A stretch of DNA of 63,585 bases, counting the filler. It is 3 parts of 3 records of this genome, joined end to end, with 100 filler letters (N's around TTAATTAATTAA, not from the genome) between each part and the next. Parts side by side here need not be neighbours in the genome. Positions count along the whole stretch, not along the records: positions 1 to 21,375 come from SRR20825019_1452; 2 more parts are not named here. One strand, 5' to 3'. A program made the translations under genes and the position numbers. Shown here one piece after another: positions 1-11,509 of the stretch. Position 1 is the first letter of the stretch. The number at the start of each line of letters is the position of its first letter. The notes under the pieces were generated by a model. That model did no database searches. It saw only the letters and a program-made list of their open reading frames with translations, and was not told where the DNA came from.

Positions 1-23
1 CCCCCCCCCCCCCCCCCCCCCCC
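1..23. repeat. poly-C homopolymer (23 nt) at left end of eukaryotic contig
   Basis: Directly visible; may continue beyond the window edge. Confidence 0.95.
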
Positions 24-400
24 ACCGGCCTCCGGGGACCAGCCGGCCTCCGACCAGGCAGTGGATCGTGAAGGCTTCGCCCCTCAGTGAGTGGCGATGA
101 TTGGCCGGCTCACCCCACCGCGTACTTGACAAACTACGGTCCGCGCCGGACGGAACTCTACGCCTCGGCCTCACACCGCCCCTCACCCTGACCCGGCGGC
201 ACCCCGGCCCGGGGCACGCAACGGGGCCGGCTACTCACCCTCGGGTCACCGTCCAGTGATTCTCCACTGAATCGCATGCTGAGTCACTCCTGGCACCCGA
301 CCTCGGGTTCAGTTGGCCCCCCACGGTACGGTCCGTCCGGTCTCCGGTCGCCGGGCCACCGGGACGACGAGCCCCGCGCCGGTGGCCGTCGGCCTCACAC
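24..400. promoter_or_regulatory. GC-rich island 1 (no gene attached within the window)
   Basis: CCGG/GGCC-rich, many TCA/TGA words, TGAGTCA at 280-286; same composition as the islands upstream of the genes. Confidence 0.5.
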
Positions 401-479
401 AAATCTCGATCTGCCTCACTACAGGTGATATTTTAGTTTTCAATTGATTCATAATCAACATTCTGACATTCCCTCAATT

Positions 480-660
480 GCCCCGACCCTGCCCGCGCCC
501 GCCGGCGGCCGGGCCCGGGGGCCGCGCCCCGCCCCGCGGCCGCCGTCCTGGCGCCGGCCCCGGCGGCGGCCCGCGGCTAGCCTGTGGTGATGGGCGTGAC
601 CACCCGGGCCGGCGGTGTGAGTCATTCTGGCAGTGCCAGAGCGGTTTCTTCAACCGCCCC
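480..660 (+). promoter_or_regulatory. GC-rich island 2, putative promoter of the MDR gene
   Basis: 481-540 has 58/60 G+C, next to an AT-rich spacer (421-480, 18/60 G+C); TGAGTCA at 618-624; about 110 nt before ATG 773. Confidence 0.6.
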
Positions 661-772
661 GATGACACTGTGAAGCCTAGGGTTAGCAGTTTTGGTTGCT
701 GGCTCCTCAACTTAGTGAAAAGGAACTGCACAACTACTTCCAAGCTGACAGGACTTGGAAGCAAGAGCAGGG

Positions 773-2220
773 ATGAAGTTTGATATTCCTGAGACAATGC
801 GTGCCTTGCACCTAACTGCGAAGGGAGAAGCAAACTTAAGGGTTGTGCAGGTGGGTATCCGTGACGGCGACCGAGTCTGGATCTTTTGTGACCAGTGAAA
901 GTATTAGATTCCGGTCCCTGTTCCCAAGAAAGGACAGGTCCTAGTCAAAGTTGAAGCCGCTCCTGTTAACCCGTCGGACACAGCCCTGGTATGGGAGGGG
1001 CGCCTACGTTCCCCAACGTAGTGAACTAACGAAAGTCTGCATAGCTGAAGGGAAAGTATGGGATTTCAAAGGAGTACCCATTTGTTCCAGGGCTGGAAGG
1101 TGCCGGTGTGGTCGTAGCGGCTGGAGGGTCAGTAGTATACCAATACACAATTGGCAGGTCAGGATATTGACTGAAACCTTACAATAGCGGCCCGTCGACA
1201 TGGAATATGGTAGGAAAGCGTGTTGCCTGTGCAGCAAACAACAATCTAGATGGTACGACAAGCGGAATGTTGGTGAATATTCTATTGACTTTTTCGGCCA
1301 AGGTACATATGCGGAATACGTAGTCTGTGATGCGATGCGGTGCGTTACTCTCGGAAGTGGCGTGTCCTTTCAGCAAGGGTGCTCCTCTTTGGTCAATCCC
1401 ATGACCGCCATTGGTAGGTCATCATCATGCTATCAAGGAACCCCTCCTGGCACTAACCTCTCATACAGCATTTCTGGATATTGCGAAGTCGCACAATGCA
1501 AAAGCAATAGTCCAGACTGCAGCAGCATCGGCCCTTGGCCGAATGGTGATTTCACTGTTCAAGGCGAATGGTATCGAAACCATCAATGTAGTCAGGAAGG
1601 ACGAGCATGTCGATCTTCTCAAGGAGGCCGGCGCGTCATATGCTATTAATAGTAACATTGAGAATTTTGGCGAGGAACTCAGAGACTTGTGCAAGGAGGT
1701 ATGCAACGACTTTGTACTGCTGGATTCCTTTGGCTGACTTACTTTCTGTGTTAAGACCCGTGCTATTGTGGCCTTTGATGCAGTCTCGGGAGATATGGCA
1801 GGGCAGGTCTTGGGCGCCATGCCAAAGAGATCCACTTTGTACGTTTATGGTGGATTATCAGGCCAGCCCATGAATATTCCTTATCAAAACTGCGTTTTCC
1901 AAGCTAAGGAGGTCAAAGGATTTTGGCTTTCGGAGGTGCGTATGGACCGGTGTGCTTCATCTATGCTCGGATAACTTATGGGAATGTCACAACAGTTCTT
2001 GAAACAGTCGAGCATGATCAAGCAGTACCAAATGACACAGAAGGTTCAGTCATTGATGGGGTCTGGGGTTATCAAGACGACCATTGCGGGCTCGTATGGC
2101 CTCGAGGGTGCACAAAAGGGGATTCGATCGTACATTGAAAATATGTCGGCGGGCAAGGTGCTCATCACACCGGCGAAGGAGGATGCTGTGGTTGCCAAAG
2201 TAGACCTTAGTGACGACTGA
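773..2220 (+). CDS. MDR-family NAD(P)H-dependent oxidoreductase (quinone reductase/enoyl-thioester reductase-like), 8 exons
   Basis: GT-AG introns 851-907, 989-1044, 1128-1187, 1253-1302, 1414-1468, 1699-1755, 1936-1995 give one frame: MKFDIPETMRAL..GQVLVKVEAAPVNPSD..PFVPGLEGAGVVV..GTYAEYVV..VNPMTA..QTAAASALG..AFDAVSG..YGGLSG..GKVLITP. Confidence 0.9.
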
Positions 2221-2305
2221 GGCAATCGTAAACAAGGAACACTGGCTTATGGGTCCTCTGCTTTTATATGTACACGGAAATTGGGTCATGATACTATCTA
2301 GAGAT

Positions 2306-5300
2306 CTATATTCCAGCGGTCGGGTCAGGCTTGCGGCCAGGTATGACAAAGATATTCACGTGGAGTGACCCCAGCTTTCTTTTCTTGGGATCCAGTATAG
2401 TGAACCAATTGTCAATTGGAGCGATGTCACCGGTGGAATACAGGTTAGGAAGTGTCACGGTAGCTGTTCCCACGACGATGTTCTTGTCCTTTTGCGGTGT
2501 CAACACCGTCACGCTGAATATCTGCTGTTCGTTCGAATGATCCAGTGCCTCCGTGAATTGGTCCCCCCACTTGGGATTCTTTGTTTTCTTGGGTGTGACC
2601 CGGGATTGAGCAATCCGCTGCCCATTGATTTTGACAGCGTAAGAGTACTGTTTCTCTTGTGGTATTTTCGCCTCGTCCACGGTAAAGTTGAGTTGTGGCC
2701 GCTGCCCCTTCCGCGCTGCTTTGACGGCCTCTTTCCTGGCTCTGGCCTGGGCCGCCTCCTTTTCAATCTGCTCTTTGCGCTTCTTCTCTTCCTCCTCCTG
2801 GGCCTTCTTTGCCTCTGCCCGTCGCTCCTCTTCCTTCCGCCTAGCCTCCTCCTCTTCTTTCTCAATCTGCTTCAATCGTTCCATCTCTTTTCTCTCTTCC
2901 TCAATCTTCTCAGTCTTTAGACGCTCCCTTTCTTCGGCCTCGCGCTTCTCGGCATCGCGTTTCTCCTGCTCCGCTTTCTCGCGTTCCCTCTCGGCAGCTT
3001 TTCGGTTTTCCGCGGCCTTGCGCGCAACGCTTTCTCGCTCTTCAGCAGCCTTCCTCTCCGCATCTTCCCGAGATGTATCAATAGATGTGGTGTTGCCTTT
3101 CCTCGCGGCCTTCTTGGCGCCCTCTGCCTAAGATTTCTACTGGTATCAGCCCATGCATAAATACCCATTGCAATATCATACCTCTGAAAGCGTAAGGGAT
3201 ATGTGTATGGTCCCGATCTGTCCACCAGACTTAGTGTTGACATCAAGCCAGCGATCTTCGTCCTTGTTGAGTTCTAGCGATGCATAGTCCACCTTTGCGG
3301 TCCCTAGAACCTTGTCCTCGACCATACCATTGTCGAAGAAATTGAATTTCACATCATCATCCAAAGAAACCACTTGCATTTGGACCTTTTCATCCCAGTT
3401 GACCTTGGTCTTCTTTCCAGATGGCATCGTCTCATACGATTGGGCCCCTCCATTCATTACGCGGACGTACCATTCCTTGGCCTATAATCGAACACAAATG
3501 AGAATCACATATAATTAGAATCACACTACGATCAGTCCACTCACAATATCCATGGTGGCGTCAATCATTTTCAGTTCGCACTTGTATCCGCCAGCTGACG
3601 CAGAAGGCTCCGGATTTTCACCACTGGCCGTTCCAGACCTTTCGTCATCTTTATGATCGTCTTGTTTGGGAATATCCATGTTGTGCATGCTGAAGTATCC
3701 GGATGGCTGCGAGGAGGATGTGATCAATGAGGAATCATGATGCATCATGGGATTTTGCGACGATTGATTGGAGATAGTAACGCCCTTGCCGGACTTAGGA
3801 TAGTCCACCTTGGCATTAGACGGAAGAACGTCAATGAGAAGACCTATCGACCCTATCGACCGACCCTTATCATCGAATATTTGTGCTGTGAAATTGTTGG
3901 GTACACCTTCGACAAGCTTCGCGAGCGCTTGAGTCCCCGTGCCCAACTTTTTGTCTTTGATCAAACCCTTTTCGTCGTCCCACATTTCTAAAGACAGGAC
4001 AGCTGATTCAACATCATCAACCAGGATCGAAACAAGCTCGTTGAAGGCTGGCTGGTTCGTGCGTTTAGACACCTTTGTCTTTCGCACTTCCTTATTCTTG
4101 AACTCAAGCACACAATACCATTCTTTCTTCTCCCTCATCTCGCCAGCCATGAGCAACACCTTGATTTTCTGGCTACCAGTCACGTACTTAGGTGCGGGCT
4201 TTGCAGTAGGATCCATCACCTCTATGTTAACCATGACATTTCCAATAATTCTTCCATTTTGCCCTGTGACAGGAAGTTCTAGTTTTTGACGGTGTCCTAA
4301 TTTCATCCCACGCGTCTTGATTTCGACGAATCCCCTTGGGTCTTGCTTGGGAACAGAATCGAAAAAGTCCAGCCGAAGCTCACTTGTTTCCACATCTTCG
4401 ACTTGATGGTGAACCGCTTGTTCCCATGATGGCTCGGATGTCATTGCAGATGTGGTTGTCGTCATCACCGAGCGGCCCAAGACACTGCAATCCACAAACC
4501 AATCCCCGGATGTGTGCATGACCGCACGAAGCAACTCCATGGCAATGATGCCAGGGACTGCTGGCTTTGGCTCCTTCGGCACAGGCTTCTGCGGCGGCTG
4601 CGACTGCACGGCCTGTGCGGGTTCTTCCGGCATAGAATGAGAATTCTGTACCGGTGCTGCGCTGACCTGGACCTGGGCTGGCTCCGGTTGAGGTGGCGAA
4701 CGCTGCTGCTGCCCTGGTGAAGCCATAGCGTTAAGCTGGGGCACATAAACCTCTGGGCTAGCCTCTCGTTGCAGTGCATTCATAGTACTATCTGAATATG
4801 ATGCGGATGGATTGTCCGGCCGCTGCGTCTGTTGCGGCTGTTGTGGTGGTGTTGCGTAATTCTGACCCATGCGCCCCTCCTCGACACGGCTCCACACACG
4901 CTGGGCACCTCCGCCCGGGCCGGCGGGAGATGGATGTTGCATGTCCGGGTCCACCTCGTGAGACGGGAAGACTGCCGAGTAAAGGCCATCGTCACCCGCG
5001 GCCTGCTGGTGCTTAGCAGCTAGATCCATACTGCGTTGCACTTCCTGCTCAGCTGAACTCAAGATCCGCTTTTCACGATCAATGTGTTCTTTGATTAGCA
5101 AAAGCTTCATCTTCATGTCGCTCTCAGTAAGGCCACCAGCTGCCCCTCGAGTTACCAAGTCTTCCAACTCTGTGATCGTGGAGATATTCAGCTTATTGGC
5201 AGACATAACCTTGTCCTCAAGCCGTGATAGTTGGTCCCGAACCTCATCCTGCCTTTGTTTGGCGCGTTCCAAGTCTGATGCCTGTCGATGATTTCTGGAT

Positions 5301-7494
5301 AGGTTGGGTTTGCTGAGATCTTCGTCAAAGAACTTGACACCGGTGTAGTCCGTAGAATTCACAGGAATGTTCCTGTACTGGGCATAGACTATGTGCAGCT
5401 GGTAAAGCAGAAAGTCTGTGTCCGCACACTCCATAAATTCGTCCGCGTCAAAGCAGGCACGAATTTGTAATTCTTTCAATAGCCGAAAGACGTATCGGAC
5501 GTTATGCTGCCTCTCAATCTTTGACATTGGGGACCAAACCACATCTCCAGTTTGAACGACGCCCCGCGGATGGAAGTAGTGGAGAACACATATCAATGAC
5601 GTTGCACTCGAAAAGTCGTCCCACAGGAACGCGTTGAGGGACTCGGGTGTGGAGCGAATATCTCTGCTGTAATTATCCAGGATAGACCGATACCATGAAA
5701 GGAGCTGCCTCGCATTTTCACGGATAGGAAGTGAGACATACACCATAAACATCTCTTGCAGCAATACATATATCCGGTCCAAGTAGCCGGAATACACCTC
5801 CTCGGGTGACGGGAGGATGTGCGCCCTTCTTGGATTCCGTTGCTGGATCACACGCATGCCCTTCTGTATGTTATCAATGCATGCATCCGCCATCGCCCCT
5901 GCCTCGGCTGGCTGATCTTGAATACGAAGGCCATGGCCTTCCAAAATTTCTAGCGCCCTGCACAATAGCGTGCCCGACTGAATATCATGACGAAGATCTG
6001 TCACCGGACGGCCTGCTCTGAGGCTATTCAACCAACGCACGAGCATTTTCTGTTTGGCCTTGCTCGGGGGGCGATCAGGATTGAGTGCAGCGTTATGCGC
6101 GAGGTAGCGGCTCATAGGCTCGATTGGCTGCATGTTCTTCACATCATCGTTTCGTCGTGGAGCAACACCGCGGCGGGCCGACGAAGGATACATAGACAAA
6201 AAGTCATTTTCGAATTCCGAAGAACGGTTTCGCGCGAGATGTCTCTTTCCAGAGAGAAGACGGTCACTCATGAAGTCCAAAGTTCGGGATGGAGTATTGT
6301 CGGGATCCGGAACAAATGGGTGCACACTAGTATCTCTAACTGGTGATCTCTCTCTATTATACAGCCCTAGCGGCGACGCGTCCCTGCCACCCCGACCTGA
6401 TGAGGCGCCGGCATAAGAGCGGCTCCCGGGCCTCGATGAATGATATCGCGACGGTGATGCCTGAGCAGAGGCCAAGCGTCCTTCTATTTCCCTGTCCCAC
6501 GCAACGCCCACCTTGGCCCGGTAAGGAGAACGGTATGGGCGAGGTCCGGATTCACCGGGGCCTGTGGGCATGTCGTCCAGCCCGCGTGACCGCAGAGGCG
6601 ACGATGCAATGCCCCCTCGGCCTGTATATTCTTGCTCCTGCCTCTCGCGGACGAGCTCGCGGTCAAGTAGCGCAAGTTTCCTCTGATCCCCGAAGCTGTC
6701 CGAGCCAAAGACGTCTGAAGTGCGGTATGGAGACGACATCCGCGCCGCCCCATCCCCTGCGCGCTCCCCGCCTGCTCCGTAAGAGCGCGACGCAGGTCCT
6801 GTATTGATGCTGCCGAGGGCATAGTCACTGCCCTGGCCCTCTCGGTTCAAGCTTCTGCTTCCCAAAGTGGAGTAAATACCAGCGTCTTCCAAGCGTCTCC
6901 GCGTCCGCTCAGTGTCTGTCCTGGCGTTCCTTACATACTCCAGCACTTCGCCAGGCGACGACAGCCCTCCGCTCCTTCCAATTTCACGCCCATGTGAACC
7001 GACCGTGGATCCTACACTTCGAGCGCTGCGCACCTCATTGAGTATGGACTGGTTCTCTGAGGCCGTGGGACTTAAACGCGTGACGGGGGAGGTACCCCCT
7101 CCCATTCTGTAGTCCGCATGGTTAAAATATCTTCCCGCGGACCCAGGCGCCTGTCGCACAGGACTGAACCTCAAGTCCCGTATGGCAGACTTCCTATCGT
7201 TGATCTCTTTTACAAGCACGGACTCGCCCGCATATCCCCGCCTAAGAACGTCATCTGAAGTTAGCGGTCGCGACGAGGTCCCTCCAATGGTCTGGCTATG
7301 GGAAACTGAGCTGTTATATGTGACGCTCTTAGCAATGGACTATTAAATTGATCTATAACCTACCTCAAATTTGAGATTCTCGAAGGCTGGTCAAATATCG
7401 TCGACTGGCCTGGCGACGTACCAAGCCCGGACACGTGACCACCATACCGACCAGCACTTGTATAACTATCACCAAACCTAGAATATTCACTCAT
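2306..7494 (-). CDS. Large protein with disordered N-terminus, tandem calponin-homology domains, coiled coil, four C2-like domains and an ER/K charged helix; 4 exons
   Basis: Introns 7311-7363, 3482-3544 and 3128-3181 join ORFs 3521-7219, 3176-3457 and 2306-2884. CH motifs LVRWLNSL..DLRHDIQSGTLLCRALE and LLSWY..DDFSSATSLICVLH; C2 motifs TKVSKRTNQPAFNE..LEMWD..LG and TKNPKWGDQF. In-frame TAA just upstream of ATG 7494. Confidence 0.82.
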
Positions 7495-7699
7495 TTTGGG
7501 GCTTTATAATGACGTCTCCATATCATCTATAGTTCAGTGAAACTTATGGCTGCATCGTTATGGTGGATGTGTGACTGTTATGTTTATCGAGGCATCCTGG
7601 ACCGCCGCGGTGGATCCTCGCGACAAGATCACAAAACTGTGCCATGGTTTTGTCTGATAGCAGCAACCGGTTTCCGCTCGAGTAGCAGGGAAGCTGAAG

Positions 7700-8070
7700 T
7701 TTAGGCGGAGGATCGCGACCGTCGCTGCGGCAGTGAGCGGGTGGGCGCAGGGGTCTTGGGGATGTCCGTCCAGCCGGCACACGCGGCACACCAGTGGCCC
7801 GCCGAAGCGCCGGGGGGTAGGCGGGCCGCCGTGGGCACGCGGCCCGGCCCGGCCGGGCCGGCACGACCCGGGACCGTGGACACGATGCCTCCCGGAGGGC
7901 GGAGGCGAGGATGCCGTTCTTGGTTGCCGGGCCGGCCTGCCGGGCCGGGGCCCGGCCGGCCGGGCGGTGACTCAGTGAGCTTCAATGGGGCACGCACCTC
8001 CACCAGCAGTCAACGGTTTCGAGTCGGATAGCACGACCTGGCGGCCGCCGGCGCAGTCACCGAGTCATGG
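7700..8070 (-). promoter_or_regulatory. GC-rich island 3, putative promoter of the CH/C2 gene
   Basis: Very GC-rich with GGCCC/GGCAC repeats; TGACTCA at 7968-7974; lies between the 3' end of the upstream gene and the 5' end of this gene. Confidence 0.6.
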
Positions 8071-8162
8071 CACGAGTGGATAGGGTCCCGTGCGGCTCAA
8101 CGTACAAAACAAAACTTATGATGATCAATCACGATTTGGAGTCCGACTTTAAAACACGATTA

Positions 8163-10725
8163 CTATTTACCCCCGAGGCTACGTCTGGTGCTCGCACCAA
8201 GGCTGCCTCGGCTGCTCGGGGACCGCTTCACCGCCTTGTTCGCGGGCCCTGCTCCATGGTGAACGATGTTGGAAGGCATGCAGTAGAACCTTGTGAGCCA
8301 CGGGTGTGTCCGGAACAACTCCACAAACTGAGTGACTGTAATCTCGCTAGGAGGAAGCGCCCCGTTCTCTTCACTGGATCCTCCAGATCTAGCAGCCTTA
8401 CCAAAAAGAATGTCGAGGGTGGTCTCCTTAATATCTGTGGTCACAACCATTATTTAGCACCGATGCTCGCAATACACAAATTCGCCAATATTACCAGGAT
8501 GCCCGGCCCTACAGAGCCGACTAAAGTTTTGGTACGTCATTGGATTTTTCGGCCCTTCGCACACACTCAGGTACATTCCACGAAGGCGATTCAAATACGC
8601 CTCCTGGTCGTCCTCCCACACTCGTACGCAGACCTGCAAATCCGTAAAAACGTGGTACTCTTATTAGGACAGAAAACAGCCTCTTCACACCTGCAAGAAA
8701 GAAAAGACATCAACAGCCATTTTGCCCATTGAATCGGCGTAGCCGACATCTTTCAGTGCGGCCGAGCCCTGCATGGTATATATTGTGGTGGATGCCTGGA
8801 AAATCTTCTTGAAGGTATTCCTCGCGCGTTCAAGTGGCAATTCGTATCCCGCCGCACCAGTAGATTTCTTCACAACTTCGGAGCGGACTTGTCGCAGACA
8901 GAACAACAGAAAGTAGAGACCACTCAGATGGTCTGTTGCTCTCTTAGTACTGTCACCCCCAAAGTGGACCAATACCGTCTTGATGAAAGGAATGGCGTCG
9001 TAGTTCCGCTGTAGCGAAACAAAGAACTCCAGAAGCCTCCTGTCAGCCAGGCTTTTTAGACCGAATTTCCATGACACCCAGTCGCATGCATACAGTTCTA
9101 GTTGCAGAGAAACATTCAGCAAGCAGCGCAGGCAATCCCTATCGTGCGTCTTACCTAGCATCGTACGTTGCCTATCCTCGGCATCCGCCACGTTGTCAGC
9201 GTCCAGTTTTCCCACCAACATACCATACAGTGTTTCATACATCGTGCTTAAACGAAGGGCAACACTGCAAAGCAACGGGTCAGTGCAAATTCACCGCATC
9301 TATATCAGAGCAATCGAATCACCTCTGACCAAGCTCGTCGGCAACCGGCCCAAGGAACTCTCGCCACGCATCGGGGAGCTTGATGTTGCCTTTGGAGTGC
9401 TCCCCAGCAAACATCCACGCATGATGCATTCCGGGCTCCGGCGTTCGGCCCCGGGCCCCTTGTCCCGCGATAGGCCCCCTGGATCCAACACTCGACACGC
9501 TGCTTGCCCTGCTTGGGCTCCTTCTCGGGACGATACTGGAATTGCTAACATTGGATGTTGCTGGACTGGCGCTACGTGCACGAGGAGATTTACCGTTGGC
9601 TGGACTAGATGTTGCTGAAGTAGAAAGTCGCCCACGGGCAGTTGCGGCCCGCCCCGGACTAATGGGCGTTGTCGAAGCCTTCCTGCTCCCATCCGCTGGG
9701 GTCAGCGACCCACGTGATGAGTCTACCGACTGTGACCGCAGGAGGGCACTAGATGCGGTGCTGCCCCGGGGAATAATCTGTTCATTGGCAGCAGCAGGAG
9801 ACGCGCATCCCTGCGCACTTGTCATTGACATGCGCAACTGCTGGCTCTGCGTCGGTCGCATGAGACTTTCAGAGGGGGATGCAACAGCTCTCACAGATTT
9901 CTTAGCTGTCCCCACATCCTGCTTAGCGGCACTAGCGCGGTGGGGCGACTCCTTTGCAACCACTGGACTTCTATCTGCACTTGCCCTCGGCCCGGCTACC
10001 TTTCCAACGTGTGTACTGGACCTTGCCAACTTCAACTCTTCTTCTTTCTTTGCAAGACTGCTGCGAAGTTGCTGATTCTGCTGCTTCAATAAGCTCACCT
10101 GATCCTTTAGTGCAGAATTCTCCTTCCTCAAGGCTTCCGTTTCGGTGCTCTTATGCTCGACGCTGGTACTAACCCCCTTCCTTTCCAACCCCTCCTTCCC
10201 AATTATATCGCGGAGGACAGCGGATGAAACAGAGTCGTGCGAGATTATGCTCTTGGGAAGAGTTCGCGAAAATTCTCTAAGCAAGCTCTCCTCGAGGTTT
10301 CCGTTTTGTCCTGTATTTCGCTGCATAATCCTCTTAGCCAAGGCAACATGCCACTCTGGCGCGGATGAGTCTGGCTTGGAACTGCTGGCGCTTGACGTGT
10401 GGACGCGTTGCGCTGTCCTCTGTGGTGACTTTTTGGGAGACTGCGTGTCAAGTGACGATGAAGTTCGTCTTGCTCCCTTGCTCTCGGTAACGTTAGAAGG
10501 GGAAGACTGCCCCGCTGGACTCCGCACAGTCTTGACCTTCTTCAAGAGCATATCAATCTCTTTCATCTCAGACTCGACATTACTGAGAGTGCTGCTAACT
10601 TTTATCGAAGCAATCGGGACCTCGTCTCCTACGGAAGGGGGAGGCGGTGCCGCTCGCCCTGGTGGAGGCGGTGCGGACCGCCGAGGAGGCGACAATACCG
10701 ACCCCCCTGCTAGCGAGTTATACAT
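8163..10725 (-). CDS. Uncharacterised protein: Ser/Pro-rich N-terminus, coiled coil, C-terminal helical domain with possible degenerate EF-hands (TSNAXIP1-like?); 4 exons
   Basis: Introns 9265-9322, 8634-8690 and 8435-8494 join ORFs 9319-10824, 8685-9275, 8454-8639 and 8163-8450 in frame; heptad segment EALRKENSALKDQVSLLKQQNQQLRSSL. The family assignment is weak. Confidence 0.75.
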
Positions 10726-10899
10726 TTGGCCTGTCGCAAGTAGAAACTTTGATGCTGCACTGGTTTCTATAGAAAGGGCCTCAGTAGTCAAGAGGGGACG
10801 CAGTCCAATGTTGCAACAGGGCACCAGAGAAAGATCCGGCCGGCGAACACGGACTTCATGTCAGAAAACAAGAAAAGCACTAGTCCACCCGGTGAGAGC

Positions 10900-11440
10900 G
10901 TAGAGGCCGGGGTGGCGGGTTCGAGGGTCTGGTGCTGTTGACTCACGGCCCTGAAGGGTGTTTGGTCAGCCGGGCGACCGGCCGGTGGCGGGGCACGGCG
11001 GCACCCGCCGGCCGGCGTTGCCGGCGCGGGAGGCGACGGGCGTGCCGGTCGGGTAAGCCGGGCCGGTCGACCGGACTGAGCCGAGCCGAGCCGGACTGCA
11101 GTGGCTGCCGGTCCGCGACGCCGGTCCCGCGCTCCGGCCGATGATGACCTGAGTGGTGCCCCGGGTCCCAGCCTGGGCACGGGCCCCGCCGCCCCCGGCC
11201 CGGGCCGGCCAGGCCGTGGGAGAGGGGCGCGCCGGCGGCGTGGCAGCCGAGCGGTGCGCCGCCCCGCCGGCGGCCAGGTCCCCAGGAGAGGGGGTGAGGT
11301 GGGAGATTGTGCACAAACTATGACGAGGCGGGGCACGGTCCGGTTCTTCCGCCCCGGCGGGCCGGCCGCAGCTGATGTGGGCCACCTCCCCCGGCACGGG
11401 CGCCGTGCCGTGCCCCGACCCGACCCCCGTCCGGTCCGAC
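10900..11440 (-). promoter_or_regulatory. GC-rich island 4, putative promoter of the coiled-coil gene
   Basis: Sharp switch from AT-rich 11441-11500 to GC-rich; TGACTCA at 10939-10945; pentamer repeats GCCGA and GCCGT. Confidence 0.6.
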
Positions 11441-11509
11441 TTTGATCGATATATACATAATCAAATAATGAAGACCGGTACTACAAAATCCCAAAACTTT
11501 ACGAGCTGT

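Noticed and set aside
150..415. Possible RNase P/MRP or SRP RNA in island 1 (GGAACTC near 152)
   Set aside because: No complementary P4 partner strand or SRP helix-8 motif could be found
773..2220. Fragmented MDR ORFs as a pseudogene, programmed frameshift or alternative genetic code
   Set aside because: Every break is resolved by a 50-60 nt GT-AG intron; TGA, TAG and TAA all serve as terminal stops in this contig
11070..11430. GCCGA/GCCGT/CCCGA pentamer runs as a MITE, CRISPR or satellite
   Set aside because: Only 2-3 copies each, no terminal inverted repeats, target duplications or spacer structure
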